DNA of 62,965 bases, filler included, from Paramecium tetraurelia (lineage: Eukaryota): the NCBI GenBank assembly GCA_000165425.1. It is 8 parts of 5 records of this genome, joined end to end, with 100 filler letters (N's around TTAATTAATTAA, not from the genome) between each part and the next. Parts side by side here need not be neighbours in the genome. Positions count along the whole stretch, not along the records: positions 45,495 to 56,550 come from CT868086.1; positions 56,651 to 61,217 come from CT868086.1; positions 61,318 to 62,965 come from CT868091.1; 5 more parts are not named here. One strand, given 5' to 3'. The notes under the pieces were generated by a model that saw only the letters and a list, made by a program, of their open reading frames with translations, was not told the origin of the DNA and made no database searches. Shown one piece after another: positions 54,501-62,965 of this stretch; within the stretch, counting starts at the first letter, position 1; each line of letters begins with the position of its first letter. The position numbers and the translations under genes are program-made.

Positions 54501-55400
54501 TGTACATTTATAATAGCTGAAAAACTTATTCTTTACAAATTATGATACATAAAAATTTTCAGCTATTATGAATGAAATTATTCATCTTGTGCATCCAGAA
54601 TTGCTCTTAGTTTGAATAACGCGCTGCTTAGCATGAACTACACATATTATGCATATAGGAGTTAATTTTTATTCAGAAAGATATAAAACATGTTCCTTAC
54701 TAATGATTGTATAAAGATTAAAGTTGATAATAATTAATACTACTTATTGCTATTCCATACTGACTGGGCATCTTCCTTGAAAATACCAGAGTGTGTATCC
54801 CATGTTATTTGTTAGTATTGCATCTACAATTAATATTGTGCATCAATTCTATCCCTAGTAAGAGTTCATCCCTTTTTCAAAATTTATTACTTATGTTAAT
54901 TAACAGTTCAAACAGATGGATATAAATAAGTATACTGGGCCAAGTATTTATGCTTCATATAATTTCTAAAGTCACCCATCTTAAATTGCATAATCTTTAC
55001 GGTTAGAGCTCAAATTTCAATTATTGTGAATTATATTTTTGTCCACTCAAATTCTAGAATTTAAGAACTCACATGCAAGTAGTCTTGAATCAGGGAGATT
55101 AGCTAAAATAGCAGTATATGCTATGAATTAAACATATCATTTTATCAATATCATTATCGAATTTATCTAAAAAAGTATGGTAAAAAGCCCCTTTGAATAA
55201 CTTTATCAAGCAAAAATGCAAAATCCAATAATAAGTCTTAAGTTAAGTTATATGCAGAGAAGGTGAAAAATATATGAACTAAATATAATTTGTTGATACT
55301 CTTGCATTCTTTTAATAATCTCATTAAGCTCATTTAGATTTAAATTCTTCAGTCCTTTGATGCATAAACATTTTTCTCTATAGAATACGAGTTAGTTTAA
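51600..55400 (-). pseudogene. Decayed lectin-like + Cys-rich + multi-TM surface protein gene; boundaries approximate
   Basis: EAQILGP (~54950), KKYSLLGPFVTG (~54060), CTCTDNCP (~53820) and hydrophobic segments at ~52900-52050, with many frame breaks. Confidence 0.35.
54505..54574. repeat. Inverted repeat, 19-bp arms (1 mismatch), 32-nt spacer
   Basis: catttataatagctgaaaa (54505-54523) pairs with ttttcagctattatgaatg (54556-54574). Confidence 0.85.
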
Positions 55401-56550
55401 TGTTGCTATCGAAATCTTAATGGTATACAACTAACTGTTAAGAATTAAAGAAAAAATTGAGTCACTGATAAATTATAATAAATTAGTTCTGATACAATTA
55501 TCTTTTTAGTACAAAGTTGAAACAATTATTTGCTATATTTTTGTTACAGAAGTTACTAAAATTTTAGTAGCGCTCATATTAATATTGTTTTCAACCTTCA
55601 ATAATCAACATTTAAATTTATAATAGCTCAAATATTTTCAATTTAATCCACACTTATGAAAGCCTTCAACAGACTAATATTTATTGTTTCAGGCATATCA
55701 AATGAACATTCATAAAGTATATAAGATATTTTTGAATTCGATTAGATTTTATGCTATTTCTATTTCTATGTTAATTTATTTTGTTTCATTAGAAAATTTT
55801 CCTTTCTTTTGAATTATTGAAGGATAAAAATAATACGAATAAGATTATTAAATTTTGTGAAATTCGATATTAAAGTTTTCTGTACCATTTTCCTTAATAA
55901 GTTGACATCCACCATAAATTTGTATCTTCTGGAAAGTCATTAACACGTCGAATAACTTCTCATACATTAAATTTTAGATGCTCAATATGTGAGTATTACT
56001 TATTTCGTATTGATCGTAAGATAACTCTTTAATTAATTTATTAAAGATCATAAACTAATCCTTAGCGACTAATCAGATTATAATTGATGTATAAAAATAA
56101 GAAATTGTCTAATTATATAATTAATGAACATTAACCAAATTTTATCTAAAAATCAAGCAAATTAATGATATTTGCTATTAAAAATAGTCTAACATATGTG
56201 ATTAAATTCTCATTTTACTCATTACTATTCATCGGTTCAACACCATTTATTACATAATCAATTGATGATAAAGAATAATTTATATCCTAAATTAATCCTT
56301 TGAACAATTTTTTAATATAATTCTTCTATTTTTTTGTAGGTATTTATTAATTAAGAAAAATTTGTATGCTCTATGGTTTATGAAAGACCGATTTAATGAT
56401 ATCTAACCTTTTAGTGGAGTTTTCAATTCCTTAATTTTGAACTTATTACTTTATAGAACCCTTTTGAATTATTTCTTCCATTTTATTTAAATTAATTCCA
56501 ATTAAAAATTTTGGGGAAATTTTTATTATTTTTATTTTAAAAGGCTTGGA

Positions 56551-56650
56551 NNNNNNNNNNNNNNNNNNNNNNNNNNNNNNNNNNNNNNNNNNNNTTAATT
56601 AATTAANNNNNNNNNNNNNNNNNNNNNNNNNNNNNNNNNNNNNNNNNNNN
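56551..56650. other. Artificial contig spacer
   Basis: N44-TTAATTAATTAA-N44. Confidence 0.95.
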
Positions 56651-57779
56651 TTGATTAGAATTCATCAGCAAAATGAAGGATAGACAAAGAATGTGAGGTT
56701 AGGGACTATGACCAAGACTTATAATTCAATGATTTCTTAAACAATGAACTTAATATCAAAATAGATTCTGGGAAGAATTAGTGGTAGAGGAGTTGTTCTT
56801 AGACTACAAGACGACTATGAATATGGTATCTTAATATATAAATGATTTAAAGTTTAAAATCTGAATTGTACCTTGGTTAATAGCAAGAACATCAAGCCAT
56901 CAAAGAAAATAGATAAGACTTTGTTGATTGACTAAGGGCTGATATAATGCGAATTATTTGAAGACCCAAATTATTTCGTATATGCATTATTTAAACTACA
57001 AAATTTAAAGTTTGAATAAGTTTCAGAAATAAAGGAATTATCACAATTTTACCAATGTGTCTGTTGGAACTTATTGAACAAGCTATGCAAATTAAGCAAT
57101 ATGATGGATATTATATCCTAAAATAAACAAGAATAGATATAATAAAAATAGCGCAATTGTTACAATGATATGCTAAATTTAAATAAAATTTCTATATAGA
57201 AAAAAATACATTTCATAAAGGTAACAACAGTCAGCTGAAAGGTTCAAGTATTTTCACATGCTTTTGAGAGAGAATTGCAGTGTTTGACATAATTTCGTAC
57301 CACAGCGATTCAAATACACATGATAGATCCTTTCTGTGTTATAAATTTTCTAAGTATGGAGGAGTTGAGTTCTAGCACTAAGAGTAAAAGATCCAAAGAT
57401 TTTCAACTAACAAAGAGAACATGTCTAAATTTTGATCAAGAATTATCCGAAGTACATGTCCTGTATTATCAGATATTTTAGCATTATGATTTGAGTAGTA
57501 CTAAATAATTGATGCTGAGAACAACAGTTAGTCAATGAAGCCCAACAATTATCTTTCCAAGACATGTAGGGATACAGGTTTAGAAAGTAGGAATCAATTT
57601 GTAAGTAATAATTGGAGTAACATATTTGCTTCAATTAAAATATTCCTTATACTATAAATTATTATCAGAGGCAGAACGGAGAACAAACAGTGTAGACATA
57701 TTGAATTTGAATAAACAAAATGAATATAGTGAAAACTTTTGTAACCATAGCAATATTTTTATAAATAAATATGATTATA

Positions 57780-60700
57780 AAAGTTAAACTTATTAGATAA
57801 TTAGTTGCTTTTGGCACGCCCTTTAATCTTAATTCCTACACTCGAACACACGTGAGAATAGTTTGAGCTAATATTACACTTTTAGTTGAGGTATAAAATT
57901 TCATTTATGGATATTAGTACCCAATATCAATTATGTCCTACTAAATTGTAATGATCATAATTTTAATACAGCTTATTATAGCATGGCTTTTCATTTTTCT
58001 AATTTTGGCAATCCCAAGACTTTTAGAATATTGTTGCTGGCTATTCTTAATGCTATAAATACTTTTTTAACTTACAATCTCTTTTCTTACTTGCATAATA
58101 AAAACACACTTATTCTGATATCTTCCTTCCTGATAAATAAAAACAGCAATATATGAATGATGCTCAATTTACCAATTTTGAGTCCATTTTCTTCATTTTG
58201 CTTCAAATGTTCAAAATTTATTGCTGATTAATAAGTTGCTAATTCCACAATGTCAATTTTACAAAGATTCATTTATAAAATATTATTATAGATATTATTT
58301 TGATGCCAGAACTATTTACAGAAAATTTAAGCTTTGGTAATTAATGTAACTGAAGCTTGATACAGACCTGAATTCAGTTCTTGTGTTGGGTATTTCATTA
58401 ATGTTCTTTGTCGTTTGCTGTGTTTTTCTCAAAATAGTTATTTTCTGGTAGTACTTAAGGTTCGATCGTCCAAGATTACTCATTGCATCTAGAAGTAGCT
58501 AAATAATGCATAAGATAGCTGAAATATTAAGCTAAAACAACTGATTATTTTATGCTGGAACTTTCCGATTATCTTTAATAATTTAATCAATAAGGTTGTT
58601 AGCAATCTCTAAAATGTGTCATAATACTTTGCACTGTTACATGTATACTCAGAAATTATTATGTTACATCTAACTTTAATGTTAAATGCAGTAAATGGTG
58701 CACTAATTAAACTACCAGAAGGTGTCTATTTTGTTAATAAATTCATTCTTATTATATAATTATAATTGCAATAAAATGATATCACTGATTCTCCATTCTC
58801 TAGTGGCTTCTCTGTAGCAAAAAGAAACTTTCATCAAGAAAAGTAAATTAATTTGAAAATAAAAAGTACATTATGAATAAGAGAGCAATAAATGATCCTT
58901 TAATACTTTAATCCTTTTTTTCAGAGAACATATTGTGGGGTTTAACCTTATTATGGAATGGAGATCTTTTCTCTGCTGTAGTATATGCTATAATAGCAAA
59001 TATTGTGGATCCCTTAGCTCCTCTTATTAGAATTCATATATAGTTTATAGTAACAAGGTATTCTTTTGTAAACTTTAATACTACTTTAACATTTCCTTAA
59101 TGAATTTAAATGCATACCTGGGAATCTTCAGCAACTGTATCANNNNNNNNNNNNNNNNNNNNNNNNNNNNNNNNNNNNNNNNNNNNNNNNNNNNNNNNNN
59201 NNNNNNNNNNNNNNNNNNNNNNNNNNNNNNNNNNNNNNNNNNNNNNNNNNNNNNNNNNNNNNNNNNNNNNNNNNNNNNNNNNNNNNNNNNNNNNNNNNNN
59301 NNNNNNNNNNNNNNNNNNNNNNNNNNNNNNNNNNNNNNNNNNNNNNNNNNNNNNNNNNNNNNNNNNNNNNNNNNNNNNNNNNNNNNNNNNNNNNNNNNNN
59401 NNNNNNNNNNNNNNNNNNNNNNNNNNNNNNNNNNNNNNNNNNNNNNNNNNNNNNNNNNNNNNNNNNNNNNNNNNNNNNNNNNNNNNNNNNNNNNNNNNNN
59501 NNNNNNNNNNNNNNNNNNNNNNNNNNNNNNNNNNNNNNNNNNNNNNNNNNNNNNNNNNNNNNNNNNNNNNNNNNAAAATACTAAGAAATAATTTAGCAGT
59601 TGGGAGTAAATTAGCTGTTTCACTAAGAAGTACATTTAGGTGATGATAATACACCTTTGAGGTTTGCCATTTTGCTTATAAATAGTGATGGTTTCTGCTG
59701 ATTATATATAAGAAAAATATTCAAACAATTGCTTATACTTTTCAATGCTTATTACAAGTGTTAGTGAGCATTTATCATATGTCTTTGGATATTCAAATAA
59801 ATAGCAATAAGGTTTACAATATATAGGCAATATAAAGTCCACAACAATATTCCATAAACAACCTTACTTGTATGCTATCAAGTAATTCACGCATTAATTT
59901 ATTTGAACAGGTTAATCATACTGTTGGTGTAGGTTACAAACAAGAAATTATTATAATAGGCTTAGCTTCAAGGTTAGGCATTTCAATGTGGAAGCTGAAA
60001 TGTATTATAGGGTGTTAATATATAAGTAGCAACAAAATTTCTTCTTATTGCGATGTTGTTTAACATTTAGAATTAGATAGCAACGCTAAAGAATTACATT
60101 TTTGAAAGAGGGAAAACAGACACACTTAGTGCTTTGAGAAATCTTCTGTTAATCATAACCTAATAATATAGTGTTATGATTATTCATTGCTTGTATCTTT
60201 CAAGCACAGGATAGTATTAATAATCAACACTTGTGATAAACACTATCTAACTAAACCACTCTACATTAGTGTAATACATTCCAAACATTACTCATTATAT
60301 TAAAGAATATCAATCTTTTTCCACAAATTTATGAAGGGAAAGAAGTCCGACATTTAGAACAAATCGGAGAATGAAAAACGAATCTGCTAAAACTCAACTT
60401 CAGTCTTCCAAGGAGATGAGCATTGATAATAATAATTGTGAAGCAACAGTAAAATCCATCTATCAAGAAGAACTTTAGGTAAAATTGTAGACATACAACC
60501 ATTTTGACGTAGTGCGCATTGTTTTGCTTGAAGTAAAAAATTACTAGTAATCAAGCTTAGGTTTAATTCAATGTTTACAAATAGTTCTGCCATATAGGTA
60601 ATTCAAGTACAAAATTGTACAAGAGGGCTTTAATAAATCTTACATAGAAATAATTAAGAATTATTCAACATTAATTGTAAGATGATATGAGTGCCTTCTA

Positions 60701-61217
60701 AGGTTTATAATCCCTATAAGTTGTGGAGTAATAGACATGATGGAAAAAATATCAAAGTCTTGCTTAAGATTTGATGTAGATTTCATCTGTGCTTTTAACC
60801 ATGTTTTAATTCACTATTTGGACTACTTTACTAACGGTCATTATTATTCACTTATAGCTTGTGGTTTTGACCTGGAAGATAGCCTTATAATTAACTGTGA
60901 TCAATAGACCCCAGTATCAAATTCTCAGCTAGTCAAGAATCTGTTAATTTTAATATTCTATTATGTGATCTTCAAATTAAAATATATTCTATAAAATCAA
61001 AATAAAGATGAAGAGATGGAAGACTTCAGTAATATTAAATAAAAAAAAATTAAAATCACATTTATTTTGTCAAGAATTGTTTTGCAAAATAAAATTTGGC
61101 TGAGGACATGGAGCCAAACTTAATGAATACTTTGATATGTGCTTGGACAGAGTTAAAGGGTCTTAACAAAAGCTATAAGAATATCCTCTTTGATAAACGG
61201 GGGCACGGTTTTGACAG
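57780..61217 (-). pseudogene. Heavily decayed Cys-rich surface protein gene; boundaries approximate
   Basis: Remnants such as APCPQPNFILQNNS* (~61110) and scattered Cys motifs at 60300-59850. No long open frame. Confidence 0.28.
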
Positions 61218-61317
61218 NNNNNNNNNNNNNNNNNNNNNNNNNNNNNNNNNNNNNNNNNNNNTTAATTAATTAANNNNNNNNNNNNNNNNNNNNNNNNNNN
61301 NNNNNNNNNNNNNNNNN
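61218..61317. other. Artificial contig spacer
   Basis: N44-TTAATTAATTAA-N44. Confidence 0.95.
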
Positions 61318-62220
61318 ATAACAAAATGTTGATTTAGGTGGAAAATTCAAAGAATATAATATAGACACTGATCCTTCACAAATATATTCCCCAGATAATA
61401 CAATCCCTTGGATTGATATCACTGCTTCATTTTTCCAAAAGAATATAAAATCTATTACTCAAATCACTCATTTATAAAAAAGCTATTTACCATCTTTAAA
61501 CTAAAAAATCAAAGATATTAATCGAAATTATTAATTTATTACTTTACTTAGGAAAGAGTTATCAAACCATCATTTAGAATCAAATATCTTCATAATTGTG
61601 ATTAAATTAGGGAACTCATTTACATAAATTCATGGGATTTGATATTTAAGGTTATTTTACAACTTCATCATAATCGAATCAATAATATTAGAAGTATCTT
61701 AACCACTATATTTGCAACTCTAATATATCTCTATTATATTTACTATTTACTCCAATCTCTTAAATAATGCAGTGACATTTATAACAAAAATATCAAAGCA
61801 AAGTTGTAAATAAAATTTATTACACTAGACATGTGTAGAACTATGCTTTTCCATATTATCTTAATATTTTTCTAAGATCAATAACTTTTACAATGTATAT
61901 TACTTTCTATCAGTAGTTTATGTTAATGCTACTTATTATATAAGTATAAACAATGCTCTAAATGGGATAGAATTACATCAATTTTAATCGAATTAACATT
62001 AACAGTGTTTAATTTAAGTTTACTTTTTTATATTCAAATTGAGTAAGTTTAGGTTTCTTACGAAAACAGAGTTACTTTAGGATTCATCCACATGAACTTA
62101 TTGATTTTAAGTCTCGCAATAGTTCTTGCAAAGCAATTATTACCTAAAATGATTACAATCTTCAAATACATATGCAAAAAAGAGAAAGCTACAGTTGCTA
62201 CAGAAGTAATATTTATTTGA
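61318..62220 (+). CDS. 3' fragment (multi-TM domain) of a paralog of the gene at 46512-49738
   Basis: Collinear motifs: GGKFKEYN vs DGKFHDYK, NSWDLIFK vs NGWDMIFK, RVTLGFI vs KIVLGWI. Ends EVIFI-TGA at 62218-62220. The frame is disturbed near the 5' end. Confidence 0.8.
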
Positions 62221-62965
62221 GGTTGTATTTAATTCAATTATCAATAATTAAATAATTAATTATTCTTCTTATTTTATATTATGATTGATGTTTTATAATA
62301 GAAGAACATTTTGTTCTCATACAATCTTCTTTTAATTAGAAAAACCAAATTGACATTAATTTGTCTTATTTGGAAAGAAGCCCTTATATTTCTTGTTATA
62401 TGAGTGCAATCCTTCATGGGCGCACTAAATGAATTCAGTAAATTGCTCAAAAATGAATAATGTAATTTATGTGATTGTAGCAAATAGGTTTAAATTAAAT
62501 TGGATAACTTTATTAGAATTAAGTTTAATATTAATAAAGTATCAATTTTCATCCGGAGTTTGTCAATTCCACCCAATTCTTAAGTAAACTAATTAGTATA
62601 GTATGTACTATGAATAAATAACTTATCGACTTGCGATATCAAATTTCATTTATATAGGTAACTTGATATATTGAAAAATGAAATACAATTATCTTTTATT
62701 ATCTAGTTATATTTTTAAACCCATTTTCATTAATATATTTATAGTACTTTTAAAAACTGTTTAATGAATGAAATGATGTTATTACAATTTATAGACTTCT
62801 TGAAATAACACAAACTTATTTCTTTGTTCAAATACTTCAAGAAGAAATCTAACATTTTACTAATAAATAACTTTGTTTAAACTTAATCCAACTTGATTTT
62901 TTGTCTTTACTCTAAAAACTTTTTCAGGCTAGATAAAGTAGATATTTGTTGGTAATAGCATCTTC

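Noticed and set aside
52060..58470. tRNA T-loop-like GGTTCGA at ~52064, ~53356 and ~58459
   Set aside because: No flanking T-stem or cloverleaf pairing
24493..59654. Long ORFs in the supplied track
   Set aside because: They are translations of N gaps. The track also treats TAA/TAG as stops, which is the wrong code here.
15458..61273. Recurrent palindromic TTAATTAATTAA as a biological site (piggyBac TTAA target, breakage signal)
   Set aside because: It is always centred in exactly 44+44 Ns, so it is an all-frame-stop linker added when contigs were concatenated. Gene adjacency across these spacers is meaningless.
62260..62965. AHEGLHSY on the minus strand as a Mutator transposase catalytic-Glu motif
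   Set aside because: It is preceded by a hydrophobic stretch rather than TNN, and there are no other DDE motifs or terminal repeats. Left unassigned.
1..62965. CRISPR arrays, prokaryotic operons or defence systems, rRNA, intact transposase or reverse transcriptase
   Set aside because: None seen. The periodicities present are protein-coding Cys repeats in spliced eukaryotic genes.

Overview
Very AT-rich eukaryotic DNA with Paramecium-type ciliate hallmarks. Long ORFs appear only when TAA/TAG are read as Gln and TGA as the sole stop (translation table 6), and genes carry 21-29 nt GT..AG introns, so the supplied ORF track is mostly uninformative. The window is not one locus. Seven artificial 100-nt spacers (N44-TTAATTAATTAA-N44) join eight separate pieces: 1-15413, 15514-17333, 17434-19769, 19870-43855, 43956-45394, 45495-56550, 56651-61217 and 61318-62965. 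Well-supported genes: (1) a Zn-finger/coiled-coil/pentapeptide/WD40 gene with no NACHT domain (14168 onward); (2) a furin-like Cys-repeat gene fragment; (3) two co-oriented giant polycystin-1-like receptor genes (lectin-like domains, Cys repeats, REJ-like region, GAIN/GPS, about 5 TM) at 20914-30473 and 32277-42797; (4) a Myxococcus-Cys-repeat (DUF4215) multi-TM gene at 46512-49738, with a paralogous 3' fragment at 61318-62220. Much of the rest is decayed copies of surface-protein and WD40 families. No IES-like insertion interrupts the intact genes where I checked, which suggests a somatic (macronuclear) assembly. Domain names come from motif recognition by eye, not from database searches.
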